From an uncultured Chloroflexia bacterium (GTDB taxonomy: Bacteria; Chloroflexota; Dehalococcoidia; GIF9; UBA5629): a stretch of 64,000 bases of DNA. A program made the position numbers and the translations under genes. The notes below the pieces were generated by a model that made no database searches, was not told the origin of the DNA, and worked only from the letters and a program-made list of their open reading frames with translations. The stretch spans positions 13,852-77,851 of the forward strand of contig CAWKFY010000017.1 of the NCBI GenBank assembly GCA_963848815.1, read 5' to 3'. Positions 10,554-20,537 of this stretch are shown one piece after another (within the stretch, counting starts at the first letter, position 1; each line of letters begins with the position of its first letter).

Positions 10554-12239
10554 CTATCTCGTAATCTGCAGGGACTTGGGCGGCGTATAGCTTCTCTCAA
10601 GCAGCACCTTTTCGCCTTCGCTCAGGCCTGATACTATCTCGGTCTGGGTCTTGCCCTGCAGGCCGATCTGCACCGGCCTCTGCTCGACGATGTTGGTCTT
10701 TTCGTCCTTCCAGACACTGACATAATAGCTCCCGGCCTGACCGCCGACGGCCGCATTGGGGACCAGCAGCACACCGGTATGCTTGTCGACCATGATGTCA
10801 GCCGTGCAAATCATGCCGCCAGCCAGGTAAACCGCGTCCTTGGGGTCCAATGATATCTCGACCTTGTAGCTACCCATCTTGGCATCCAGTGTCCCGAAGG
10901 GAGATATGAATGTCACCCGTCCATCGAAGACCTTGCCGGGAACGACATCTACATAGACCAGTGCCTTCTGGCCCCTGGCAACCTTGAGCACATCGACTTC
11001 GCTGACAACACCGGTCATCCTGACGGACGATATATCAGCCAGACGTGCCACATACGAATCGATGGGCAGGCCCTGCACCGAGTACCTCTGGGTTATCATA
11101 TCGCCGTCATGCAGGTTGACGTCCACCACCTGTCCGTCGAAGGGCGCCCGAAGCTCCGTTTTGAGCAGCGAGAGCTTGGCCCGTTCCAGGTTGATGATGG
11201 CGGTCTGCACTCCGATATTGTAATCACGCAGGGCCTTCAGATTAAGGCCCTGCCTGTAAGTGGATATATTCTCATCCAGAATTTTGTTGCTGAGCTCCAG
11301 GTCATGTCGCGCCTGGCTGAGTGTCTGCGCAAAGGCGACCGGGTCGACGTCCTTCTGCCCGGCCATGGCTTGCAGCTTGTCCATTGAGGCCAGTACCTCG
11401 TTGATCACGGTATAGACCGTGGGGGTATCCACGGTCGTGGCATCGGTCGGCAGATGCGTGATCCGCTTGACCACATCGTGGGTATCGGACATCTCGGTGA
11501 GCATATCCTGGATGGCGCTCACGGCATCATCGTATTTGCCGTCCCTCAGTTGCTGCTGGATGGAGCCGATTACATCCACCTCGGCAGACAAGCGCTGGAT
11601 GGCATTGGCGGCATCCTGGCTGTTATTGATCACATGCCCGACATCATCCATGAGGTCCGGCCTTACGCGGTTGAAGGCCGGGTCGCTGTAGATCTTCCCG
11701 GCCGCCTGAATATCATATTTGGCCAGCGAAACCTGTTCGGATGCTTCATCATATTGTCCGGTCTGGATCAGTATCTGGGCTTTCCCCATCTCATTGACGG
11801 CAAACTCGAACCTGTAAAGCGCCACGGCATCGCTGTAGAAAGAGGGGGCACGGCTGGTACTGCAGCCAACGGTCTGCACCACATTGTTGATGGCCGACTC
11901 CAGCCCGTACTGCGCTGTCTCAACATTCTGTATCTGGGCCGAGTCATCCAGCTTGGCAATCAGTGTGCCGGCCTTGACTATATCCCCCTGCTGCACATAG
12001 ACCTTTTTGATCTGCGCGCTGTAAGGCTGCGTTACATAGAACATGGACGTATCAAAATAGAGGTTGACGGCGTCGGGCATCTCGATAGCTCCGTCCGCAC
12101 TGACGGTAACTTCCAGATCTCCGCGCTGGGCGGCAGCCACCATCTGCTGCTGGGTTACCGGCCCGCTGCTGCAACCCCCTGCCAGGAGGGAAACCGCCAG
12201 AGCGATCGCTATAATCTTAATAAGCCATGTTTTACTCAT
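10554..12239 (-). CDS. Lipoprotein efflux adaptor (MFP) with unusually long helical insertion
   Basis: Lipobox LLAGGC, lipoyl motif VYVQQGDIVKAG..AKLD, LRAPFDGQV, beta-barrel and C-terminal GLSEGEKV. Roughly 250 aa lie between the lipoyl halves. Confidence 0.85.
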   Translation of the reverse strand: MSKTWLIKIIAIALAVSLLAGGCSSGPVTQQQMVAAAQRGDLEVTVSADGAIEMPDAVNLYFDTSMFYVTQPYSAQIKKVYVQQGDIVKAGTLIAKLDDSAQIQNVETAQYGLESAINNVVQTVGCSTSRAPSFYSDAVALYRFEFAVNEMGKAQILIQTGQYDEASEQVSLAKYDIQAAGKIYSDPAFNRVRPDLMDDVGHVINNSQDAANAIQRLSAEVDVIGSIQQQLRDGKYDDAVSAIQDMLTEMSDTHDVVKRITHLPTDATTVDTPTVYTVINEVLASMDKLQAMAGQKDVDPVAFAQTLSQARHDLELSNKILDENISTYRQGLNLKALRDYNIGVQTAIINLERAKLSLLKTELRAPFDGQVVDVNLHDGDMITQRYSVQGLPIDSYVARLADISSVRMTGVVSEVDVLKVARGQKALVYVDVVPGKVFDGRVTFISPFGTLDAKMGSYKVEISLDPKDAVYLAGGMICTADIMVDKHTGVLLVPNAAVGGQAGSYYVSVWKDEKTNIVEQRPVQIGLQGKTQTEIVSGLSEGEKVLLERSYTPPKSLQITR

Positions 12240-12301
12240 AATAGTGATACTCCCTGTATAAACTCGTGCCCGAAACAGTTGCTTTATATTTGATCCTACA
12301 A

Positions 12302-12766
12302 TTATGAACCATAGTTTACCTTGCTTACAATGTCGGTAAATGCTTCCAGAGCGCCGGAAAGCGTTAGTAGATCACTCATGTCCAGTGTTGACAGGCTTCT
12401 TTTAATCTCGTTTCGCATGATCTTTTTCCTGCCGGTAACAAAACGCCTGCCTTTCTCAGTAATAACTATTTTTTTAATCCTTTTATCAATACTATCAGGT
12501 TCACGTTGAGCATAACCCTTTTCGATCAGTTTATCCAGCAAAGAGGTCGTATTGGGCTTGGATATGCCCAGCCTGCGGCTTATCTCCGAGGTCTGCAAAG
12601 TGCCCAGTTTCATTATCATGGCCAGCGCATGGAACTGCATATTGCCCGGGTTAACTCCAGCTTTAGTATGAGCAACCTGAAATATTTTGCGATAGAAGAG
12701 CGGAAGAAATATAAACAGGCTGTCCACTATGCTATCGAGCTTAACGTCTTCCGGTGTCCTGGCCAT
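12302..12766 (-). CDS. MarR family transcriptional regulator
   Basis: Winged HTH: SEISRRLGISKPNTTSLLDKLIEKGYAQR..D..DKR...IVITEKG. Confidence 0.92.
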   Translation of the reverse strand: MARTPEDVKLDSIVDSLFIFLPLFYRKIFQVAHTKAGVNPGNMQFHALAMIMKLGTLQTSEISRRLGISKPNTTSLLDKLIEKGYAQREPDSIDKRIKKIVITEKGRRFVTGRKKIMRNEIKRSLSTLDMSDLLTLSGALEAFTDIVSKVNYGS

Positions 12767-12793
12767 CGATATAATATAAACTGCCGGATATTT

Positions 12794-12828
12794 GTTCTAT
12801 TTATATAACTTTTATCAGCATATGTCAA
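12794..12828 (-). promoter_or_regulatory. marR promoter with overlapping palindromic operator GTTcTAT-TT-ATATAAC
   Basis: Minus strand TTGACA (12823-12828), 17 bp spacer, TATAAA (12800-12805); 16-bp near-palindrome at 12794-12809. Confidence 0.6.
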
Positions 12829-12888
12829 AGTTTGCCTCGTGCGTGTCCCCTGTTGTTAGATTATGTGCTGCGGCGCAGATTATACCGG

Positions 12889-13359
12889 TTATAAGATTTC
12901 GTTCATCCGTGTCAACATTTTAATGTGATTTTCCATTGAATTACAGATTTCCTGCATTTCACCCGGATTTAATTTGGCAAATTTATTTATTACATATTCC
13001 TTGGTGATCTTCCTTCTCTTAGCTACGAGCCTTCTACCTTTTTCCGTCGCACTGATGATAATTGCCCGCCTGTCTTTATCATCGTGTAAACGCTGGGCAT
13101 AACCCTTTTCAATCAGTTTATCAACCAATGTAGTGACGTTCGGCCTCGATATGAAGAAGATTTTGCTGATTTCCGAAGGTTTCATCTCACCTGTCGTCAA
13201 TCCTTCCAATATACGGGTCTGCATGTCGGTCGAGCCAATTCTCGTTTTCATCATGGTACCTAAAAGCACTTTACGCGTGATAATCGGAAACAACATCATC
13301 ATATCGTCCATGATATTGCTCAGACGGCTGTTGAACTCTGATTCTAGCAATTCTTTCAC
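12889..13359 (-). CDS. MarR family transcriptional regulator (second copy)
   Basis: SEISKIFFISRPNVTTLVDKLIEKGYAQR..D..DRR...ISATEKG. Confidence 0.9.
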   Translation of the reverse strand: MKELLESEFNSRLSNIMDDMMMLFPIITRKVLLGTMMKTRIGSTDMQTRILEGLTTGEMKPSEISKIFFISRPNVTTLVDKLIEKGYAQRLHDDKDRRAIIISATEKGRRLVAKRRKITKEYVINKFAKLNPGEMQEICNSMENHIKMLTRMNEIL

Positions 13360-13485
13360 ACGCGCTGATTTCGATACAGGAATCGATCTTTGCGTTGTAT
13401 TTTGCCACTGCCTGCGATGAAACGCAACCTCATAAATACATCTAATCTTACTTATTACCTCCTCATTTAGTTATTAAATCATAAA

Positions 13486-15032
13486 TTATGCTACTGCAAA
13501 TGCGCCTGCCTTTTGAGTATCCGTACGCCCATGCGGAAGCAAAAAGGATGGCAGAATACTTATTAATGACAGCAAACCAATAATGAAAAAGTCCTTTTGA
13601 AATGCCGTGATGGTAGATCTGAGGATAAAATACTCATAAAGCGCAGCCAGCGCGGTCTGGTAGGCAACTTCGGCGGTTTGGCCGGCCTGCATCAGAGACG
13701 CCTGAATATAAGAAACCCAGCTAAGGATCGCAGATGAATTCATGGTAGCAGTTTGGATCATGACGGCATAACTTGTTTTCTGAAAATTATCCAGCAGTGT
13801 CGCAAAGATCGCTACAATCATCGAAATGGTTACCTGCTGAATTACGTTAATGGTAGATGATGCCTGGGCCGACATATTTTCGGGAACGGACGACAGGGCA
13901 CAGTTCATGGCGGGCATCATGGACAATCCTGCACCTAATCCACGCCAGAACATCATCCACTGGAATATGACGTCGGATGTGGTCGTATCCATATTTTGCA
14001 GCCAGAGGCCGGTGATACCCATAAGGGCCAGGCCCAGTATAACGGGAAGCCGGGGGCCAAATCTTTGATACATTGCACTGCACAAAACCATTGCGACGAT
14101 AGTCCCTATGGAACTTGAAACCAATAGCATGCCGGTTTGCATGGCATTCAAACCGCGTAAATTCTCCAGGAAAAGAGGAATCAGAAATATCACGGCATAA
14201 AAAGCCGCTATTACGCTTGAGAAAAGTACTGCTGAAAGAGTAAAGGTCCAGTTTTTAAAAATTCTCATATCGAGCAGTGGTTGGCTTTGTCTGAGTTCAA
14301 TCAGGATCCAGCTAACCAGGAATATAGTGCCAACGATCAATAGAGTGATGATACGCCAGTCGTTCCAGTGCCATGTAGAAACGTAGGAAAAAGCATATAA
14401 AATGGAGCCCAAGCCTATTGCCCCAAGGATAAAACCGAGCAAGTCAAAGGATTTTAAAGAGACCTGTGTATTACCAAGCCAGGCCTGGGCAACGAGTAAA
14501 GCAGCGGCGATGACAGGAATATTTACGTAAAAACATAAACGCCAGCTCCAGTAAGTCACAAGGTAACCGCCGATGATCGGGCCCAGGGCCGGTGCTATCA
14601 TCACGGGAATGCCAAAAATAGCCATGGCGGTGGCCCTTTTTGGGTGGGAATGAAAATAACGAGCATGGTCATGGCGCACGGCAACAGCAATCCACTGGCG
14701 AGGCCCTGAATAACGCGAAAGAGCACCAGTACATCACTATTCCAGGCTACGCCGCATAATATTGAGCCGATTAAAAAGCCGACCTGCCCAACCAAGAAAA
14801 CACGTTTCAAACCGAACCTTCCAATCAAGAAAGCGGCTGCCGGTGTGACTATGGCGGACGCCAGTGTATAGGCCGATATGATAAGCTGTGCGCGGTCCGA
14901 AGGTACGTTGAATTGCGCCATAATGTTGGGTAAGGCAATATTCATAATTGTCCCATCCAACGCCACCATGAATGAGCCTAAAACCGCCACCGCTATGATT
15001 TTGAGTTCTCTACTGGATAATGAACCATTCAT
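13486..15032 (-). CDS. DHA2 MFS efflux permease, split by a frameshift near 14650
   Basis: ORF 14601-15077 carries the N-terminal TMs and GRFGLKR; ORF 13486-14679 continues KRATAMAIFGIP..APALGPIIGG. Joined, they make a full paralogue of 8213-9760. Confidence 0.85.
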
Positions 15033-15146
15033 GTCAAAGTTTAACGAGTCGAATATATTTTTATTTCGTACCGGCAATAGGCTTTAAGTATCCAACGCAG
15101 TAAAACAATTGGTCCGGCAGCAATGCATGGTTCGACGCCAGCCCGT

Positions 15147-16316
15147 TTAAGATGATTTTGACCCAATTACGTTCTCCCCATGAGATATAAACGTATATGA
15201 TGGCACTATAACGTTTGAGCCCAGGATGGTAATCCTGAACTCGCGGTGGTTGCGCAGCTTATCTTTAATGCCGATACAGCAATATCCGCCGATCGACACA
15301 TTGTTTTCCACGAGACAGCCTTCCAACTGGCTGTATTCACCGATGTTTACTGAGGACATGACCACGGAGTTTTTGACTACGGCGTGTTCATTTACGACCA
15401 CGTCGGGAGAAAGCACCGAATTTATAACTGTCCCTTTGATAGTACAGCCCGGGCTGATGAGGCTGTGAATAATTCTTCGCTCGCCGGACCGATCGCAGCA
15501 ATAGAAACTGTCATCAGCGTGTCCCGCGTCAGGCAACCCCTTGTTTGCCCTTAGTTGTAATATCTTGTCGATCAGTTCAAGATTGGTACGGTAATACGAT
15601 TCCACGGTGCCGATATCACGCCAATATCCGTTGAACCTATAGGCAAATACCCTGTCCCTAGCTATCATCTCAGGGATGATAGAGTAAGCGAAGTCATGTG
15701 GAGAATAGCTGTTAAGAGCATCCTGGGCCAAAACCTTAAGCAGCTTGCTTTTATTAAAAATGTAAATGCCCATGCTGGCCAGGTTGCTTGACGATTTAAA
15801 AGGTTTTTCTCGGAAGCCCAGCACCCTATCCCCGGCATCCGTAGTAACAATGCCGTAGCGGTACACTTCTTTGAAAGGCACCCTGGCAACGGCTATGGAC
15901 AAATCGGCTTTAACTGAGCGGTGAAACTGGAAAAACTTGTTATAGTCCATCTTATATACATGGTCTGCAGCAAGTATCAGGATTCGTTCACATTTCTGCT
16001 TCCTGATAAAAGGTGCATTTTGCCATACAGCGTCCGCGGTGCCCGTATAGCCTCCATTTTTAGGAGGCAATAAAGTGGCCGGCCACCTGCTGCCGGCAAC
16101 TGTCCGGTCACCTAAATACCTGGCTATGCTGTCATCATGGTCACTGTTTATTATGGCGATTTCCTTAAGTCCTGAAGAAAGACAGTTTGTCAGGCAGAAA
16201 TCGATGATTCTTGAATTGCCCGCAATCGGCAGGGTCGGTTTTTGGTTTTCCCGGCACAAACGGCCCATTCGTTTAGCCTGTCCGCCGGCCAGAATTAACG
16301 CCAGCGCGTTATTCAT
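15147..16316 (-). CDS. glgC: Glucose-1-phosphate adenylyltransferase (GlgC/GlgD family)
   Basis: LILAGG, RIIDF.L.NC..SG, GTADAV.QN, DHVYKMDY, F.EKP, LASMGIYIF, GYWRDIGT and C-terminal beta-helix. Confidence 0.85.
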   Translation of the reverse strand: MNNALALILAGGQAKRMGRLCRENQKPTLPIAGNSRIIDFCLTNCLSSGLKEIAIINSDHDDSIARYLGDRTVAGSRWPATLLPPKNGGYTGTADAVWQNAPFIRKQKCERILILAADHVYKMDYNKFFQFHRSVKADLSIAVARVPFKEVYRYGIVTTDAGDRVLGFREKPFKSSSNLASMGIYIFNKSKLLKVLAQDALNSYSPHDFAYSIIPEMIARDRVFAYRFNGYWRDIGTVESYYRTNLELIDKILQLRANKGLPDAGHADDSFYCCDRSGERRIIHSLISPGCTIKGTVINSVLSPDVVVNEHAVVKNSVVMSSVNIGEYSQLEGCLVENNVSIGGYCCIGIKDKLRNHREFRITILGSNVIVPSYTFISHGENVIGSKSS

Positions 16317-16426
16317 AATCTCCTCGAAAGAGTGGATTACGGTCCTGCAAGGACCGGGCTGGACCCGCTGACAGACGTGTATACCCGAACCTGAAACTTA
16401 TGTTAAGGTACACACTCCGCCAGAGA

Positions 16427-16780
16427 TTATTTCTGAACGGTATTGCCTATCCCAATATTAACCAAAGCCTTGATAGAGAAAATCAGAGCTGCCGGCGACA
16501 TTAAAACGGCGAAGTATGACAAGATTGCGCCGATCATCTCACCTATATTGAGCATAGTGATACTTTTCAAAGCGGCCGGTAGCAGCAGCACCGCCAACGT
16601 TGCTACCACCGGCCTGATAAGCTCGTGTTCCCGGATATGGATGAGGCCGATTAGGGTACCCACCAATGCCAGGACCAAGACTACAAAACCGTTATCAGGA
16701 AATGCTACTCCGGCTACAATAGCAAGAACTGCTCCTATCAAGAACAGTATCAAGCCTATAATACGCCATGCATTTTTCAT
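16427..16780 (-). CDS. Small hydrophobic membrane protein (about 4 TM), unknown function
   Basis: 117 aa, strongly hydrophobic segments, collinear with neighbours. Confidence 0.65.
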   Translation of the reverse strand: MKNAWRIIGLILFLIGAVLAIVAGVAFPDNGFVVLVLALVGTLIGLIHIREHELIRPVVATLAVLLLPAALKSITMLNIGEMIGAILSYFAVLMSPAALIFSIKALVNIGIGNTVQK

Positions 16781-16846
16781 TGCTTATGCACCCGGCATAC
16801 TGACATGCAAAATAGCGGAATCGTTTTCCGATAACGCTGGAGCTGG

Positions 16847-17020
16847 TTAGCTCTCGGCGACCTGATGCTGCTTTATTTTTTTTCCGACTTCATCAAGTTT
16901 TTCCTTGATCATCTGCCTGGTTTCTTCGCCTGGCCTGGGCGCACTGAGTATGCCGATGGCGAGTCCGACTACTGCGCCGATGATCAAACCTGTAAAAAAT
17001 TTTTCTCCTTCGCTGCTCAT
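16847..17020 (-). CDS. YtxH domain-containing protein (57 aa; not in ORF track)
   Basis: Hand translation: MSSEGEKFFTGLIIGAVVGLAIGILSAPRPGEETRQMIKEKLDEVGKKIKQHQVAES*; AAGGAG RBS upstream. Confidence 0.85.
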   Translation of the reverse strand: MSSEGEKFFTGLIIGAVVGLAIGILSAPRPGEETRQMIKEKLDEVGKKIKQHQVAES

Positions 17021-17022
17021 TG

Positions 17023-17298
17023 TTACATCTCCTTTTTATTAAATAATTTATTGACGAACGAAATACCCTGATTTATACCGCGTAAAAACGTTCCGATCCG
17101 GCCCAGCGGAACGAGTACCTCTTCCTGTGCATGGTCGGCAATCTCTTTGACCTTCAATGCCGCCTGATTCATCGACGCCAGTAAAGTGCTTACACGCTTG
17201 TAGAAGAGGCTGCTGATGACGCACAGGTAAATTATGGCTATTGTTGCTACCAGACCCCAGATTATCAGTACCAGATCGCGAAAAGATGCTAGTTCCAA
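17023..17298 (-). CDS. Small membrane protein, DUF948-like (YtxG-type partner of YtxH)
   Basis: N-terminal TM helix followed by an amphipathic coiled coil, directly upstream of ytxH; AAGGAGG RBS. Confidence 0.65.
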   Translation of the reverse strand: MELASFRDLVLIIWGLVATIAIIYLCVISSLFYKRVSTLLASMNQAALKVKEIADHAQEEVLVPLGRIGTFLRGINQGISFVNKLFNKKEM

Positions 17299-17371
17299 TA
17301 AATGTCCTCCTTATAAAAAGTTATCTCCCGAAGATAGATTATGTAATTAAAACTGTTATACTTTACTTATT

Positions 17372-17407
17372 GTTATATTTATATAACTATCAGAGTCGTT
17401 TTGTCAA
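17372..17407 (-). promoter_or_regulatory. Promoter with perfect palindromic operator GTTATAT-TT-ATATAAC
   Basis: Minus strand TTGACA at 17402-17407; 7-bp inverted repeat at 17372-17387 covering the -10 region. Confidence 0.6.
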
Positions 17408-17559
17408 GTGGCGGAATATACTTGAAATTATCTCCGGCCTTCGGCAAATTTTGTAGCAATATAAATACTCGCCGGGGCGCAGATCATGTGGGCAATGCCG
17501 GGCTTGCGGATGCCTTTATCTTTGATGCGGATTTCCTGCCGGCTCGTGGAAGTTTTCTG

Positions 17560-17757
17560 CTACTTTTTTCCCGCCGTCTTACTCCCTTTATCCCCCATCG
17601 AGATTTTTACCGGTCCTTTCTCGCTTTCAGGACTCTTCTGCAAGTCCTCCCAAATAATCTCGGCCCTCAACCAGTGCTCCAGATGGTTCCCCTCGCCATA
17701 ACCCTCCTCCTCCCATATACGATAGGCAATTATCCTGATCTCCTGTTCCCGTTCCAT
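17560..17757 (-). CDS. DUF2934 domain-containing small protein
   Basis: MEREQEIRIIAYRIWEEEG..EGNHLEHWLRAE is the DUF2934 signature; GGAGGT RBS before ATG at 17757. Confidence 0.85.
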   Translation of the reverse strand: MEREQEIRIIAYRIWEEEGYGEGNHLEHWLRAEIIWEDLQKSPESEKGPVKISMGDKGSKTAGKK

Positions 17758-17892
17758 GGTAATACCTCCGGTGTTTTTCTTATATTGCTTTAATGGCGGC
17801 ATGACTGCATTGACCCATCACCGATATATTAAACTTCTTTTATTAAATAATTATTGGTAAAAGGCTTGGAATATTATTATATTTTTATAATT

Positions 17893-17928
17893 ATTATATT
17901 GTTATAACTATTATAGCTGATCTGTCAA
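17893..17928 (-). promoter_or_regulatory. Promoter with degenerate copy of the same operator (aTTATAT-TG-tTATAAC)
   Basis: TTGACA (17923-17928), 16 bp spacer, TATAAC (17901-17906). Confidence 0.45.
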
Positions 17929-17972
17929 GTGCTTGCCCTTGAACGTGTGATGCTGCTATACTATCCGACGTT

Positions 17973-19448
17973 GTGAACTACGAAACTATCATCGGGCTGG
18001 AGGTACATTCGCAGCTTCTGACGCGCAGCAAGATGTACTGCTCCTGCAGCGCCGATTATGCCAGCGACCCTCCCAATACCCACGTCTGCCAGGTGTGCAT
18101 GGGCCTCCCGGGTGTGCTTCCTACGATTAACGAGCAGGCTGTCTTGTTTACGGTCAGGACGGGCCTGGCCCTCAACTGCACCGTCCCCGGGCATGCCAAG
18201 TTCGACCGGAAAAACTACCCCTACCCGGACCTGATGAAGGGCTACCAGATATCGCAATATGACATGCCAATGTGCGTCGGAGGCTGGCTGGAAATCGATA
18301 TCGACGGCAGGAAGAAGAAGATCGGCATTACACGCGTGCACCTTGAGGAAGACGTGGCCAAGCTGACACACCGCACTTCGCCGGAAGGCGAAAGCTACAG
18401 CCTGGTAGATATAAACCGGGCCGGCATGCCGCTGATGGAGATCGTCAGCGAGCCGGATATGGCCTCACCCGAGGAAGCACGCCTTTACCTGGTGAAGCTG
18501 AGATCGATTTTGCAGTACCTCGGCGTGTCTACGGGCAACATGGAAGAGGGCAGTTTCCGCTGCGACGCCAATATCAGCATTCGACCTGAGGGCAGCAAAG
18601 AATACCTGGCCAAGGTCGAGGTTAAAAATATGAATAGCTTCCGCGCCGTTTACCGCGCACTGGAATACGAAGCCCAGAGGCAGCGGGAAGCCATGAAAAC
18701 CGGAGAAAAAATCGTCCAGGAGACGCGCGGCTGGGTCGACGATAAGGGCGTCACTGTGAGCCAGCGCAGCAAGGAATATGCGCATGATTACCGCTATTTC
18801 CCTGAGCCGGACCTTCCACCGCTCTCCTTCAGCAGACAGATGGTGGATAAAATCAGGGCCGGCCTGCCGGAACTGCCGGAACAGGTCTATGCAGACCTGA
18901 TAGCCAAATACGACCTATCTTCATATGATGCGGAGCTGATAACCCAGTCGAAGCATTATGTCGCTTATTTCAAGAACAGCGTGGCGTTAGGCACAGGCAC
19001 ATCCGCCAATATGAAACAGAGGGCCAAGATCATCAGCAACTGGATGCTGGGCGAGCTTACGCGGCTGCTCAACGCCCAGAATGTTAAACCCGAAGAAGCG
19101 CATGACAAGGTGCCGGAGGCCAACTTCGTCGAGATGCTGGACCTTATCGATAAGGGAACGTTAAGCGGTCCTCTTTCCAAAACAGTATTCGAAGAGATGT
19201 TCAACAGCGGAAAAAAAGCGAGCGCAATTGTAGCTGAGAAAGGCTTAAGGCAAATCAGCGACAGTGGAGAACTTGCTATAATTGTAGATAAAATTATCGC
19301 TGATAATGAGAAAGCGGTTGTCGACTACAAAGCGGGCAAGGAGGCGTCGCTGACCTTCCTCATAGGACAGGTCATGAAAGCCTCGAAAGGCAAGGCCAAC
19401 CCCGCGGTAGTCAGGCAACTGATCGTCGACAAACTCGGAGGAAATTAA
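17973..19448 (+). CDS. gatB: Asp-tRNA(Asn)/Glu-tRNA(Gln) amidotransferase subunit B
   Basis: IGLEVH, FDRKNY.YPDL.KGYQISQ, HLEED, NRAGMPLMEIVSEPD, RCDANIS, EVKNMNS, YRYFPEPDL. Confidence 0.97.
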   Translation: MNYETIIGLEVHSQLLTRSKMYCSCSADYASDPPNTHVCQVCMGLPGVLPTINEQAVLFTVRTGLALNCTVPGHAKFDRKNYPYPDLMKGYQISQYDMPMCVGGWLEIDIDGRKKKIGITRVHLEEDVAKLTHRTSPEGESYSLVDINRAGMPLMEIVSEPDMASPEEARLYLVKLRSILQYLGVSTGNMEEGSFRCDANISIRPEGSKEYLAKVEVKNMNSFRAVYRALEYEAQRQREAMKTGEKIVQETRGWVDDKGVTVSQRSKEYAHDYRYFPEPDLPPLSFSRQMVDKIRAGLPELPEQVYADLIAKYDLSSYDAELITQSKHYVAYFKNSVALGTGTSANMKQRAKIISNWMLGELTRLLNAQNVKPEEAHDKVPEANFVEMLDLIDKGTLSGPLSKTVFEEMFNSGKKASAIVAEKGLRQISDSGELAIIVDKIIADNEKAVVDYKAGKEASLTFLIGQVMKASKGKANPAVVRQLIVDKLGGN

Positions 19449-19449
19449 C

Positions 19450-19674
19450 ATGCCTATTTATCTTCTCATAGCACAGATAGTGATATCGCTGGCGCTGATC
19501 GCTGTGCTGACTTTACAGGTTAAGGGCGGCGGCCTGGGCGGCATTTTTGGCCAGGCCGACGGTGTATATAGGACCCGCCGCGGCGTAGAAAAAACACTGT
19601 TTCAGGTTACTATCGTATTGGCCGTAATATTCGTGGCGCTCTCTATCGTGATCGTCAGGGTCAGCGCTTCGTAA
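19450..19674 (+). CDS. secG: Preprotein translocase subunit SecG
   Basis: LQVKGGGLGGIFG...RRGVEKTLFQVT, two TM helices. Confidence 0.93.
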   Translation: MPIYLLIAQIVISLALIAVLTLQVKGGGLGGIFGQADGVYRTRRGVEKTLFQVTIVLAVIFVALSIVIVRVSAS

Positions 19675-19688
19675 CTCGGGGTATCAGG

Positions 19689-20534
19689 ATGTCAAGGGTT
19701 GTCACTTTGACGACCGACTTCGGTATCAGCGACGGTTATGTTGCCAGTATGAAAGGCGTCATACTCGGCATTAATCCGCAGGCCAAGATCGTCGATATTA
19801 CCCACGCCATAGCTCCCCAGTCCATTCGCGAGGCTTCTTTCATCCTGCATACCTCCTGGCGCTATTTTCCCGAGGGGACCATACATGTAATCGTGATCGA
19901 CCCGGGAGTGGGCAGCCACCGCCGGGCGGTCATCCTCAAAACGCCGACCGCAACTTTTGTTACACCGGATAACGGCACACTCAGTTATATTTTGCACGAG
20001 CTTTCCTCCGAAAAAGCGGCGCAAAGCATCCCCATGTCCGACCTGGTTGCCAAACAGGCGCTGCCCGAGGGATGTGAAGCGGTATCTATCACGAAGCAGG
20101 AATACTGGCGCCATCCGGTGAGCTCCACTTTTCACGGACGCGATATTTTCGCCCCTGTGGCGGCACATCTATCATTAGACCTGCCGGTGAGGGAATTCGG
20201 CGAGAGCATCGAAAGCCTCAACGCCTTCCATGTCCCTGTACCCTTTAAGGATGCCATGGGCCACATAATAGGCCAGATCATACATATCGACAGGTTCGGC
20301 AACCTCATTACCAACCTGAAGAGCCGCGATATACCGGCTGGCGGCGCTGCGGTAGAAATAAAAAATCAGAGGATAATCAACACCAGCAACTATTACGCGC
20401 AGGGTAAAGGATTGATGGCTATCGTCGGCAGCAGCGACTACCTTGAGCTTTCATTGAAGGACGGCAGCGCGGCCGCCTTCCTGGGCATAACTATCGGGGA
20501 TACCGTAAAAATTCTCAGCAGCCTGCCGCACTAA
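19689..20534 (+). CDS. DUF62 SAM hydrolase/SAM-dependent halogenase family protein (likely SAM hydroxide adenosyltransferase)
   Basis: TLTTDFG, DITHAI, VIDPGVGSHRR, PDNG, STFHGRDIFAP, HIDRFGN.ITN. Confidence 0.92.
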   Translation: MSRVVTLTTDFGISDGYVASMKGVILGINPQAKIVDITHAIAPQSIREASFILHTSWRYFPEGTIHVIVIDPGVGSHRRAVILKTPTATFVTPDNGTLSYILHELSSEKAAQSIPMSDLVAKQALPEGCEAVSITKQEYWRHPVSSTFHGRDIFAPVAAHLSLDLPVREFGESIESLNAFHVPVPFKDAMGHIIGQIIHIDRFGNLITNLKSRDIPAGGAAVEIKNQRIINTSNYYAQGKGLMAIVGSSDYLELSLKDGSAAAFLGITIGDTVKILSSLPH

Positions 20535-20537
20535 CAG

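Noticed and set aside
19689-20534. SAM-dependent chlorinase/fluorinase (halogenase) activity
   Set aside because: The protein keeps the Asp, Arg and His residues (IDPGVGSHRR, TFHGRD) typical of DUF62 SAM hydrolases and sits in a housekeeping operon.
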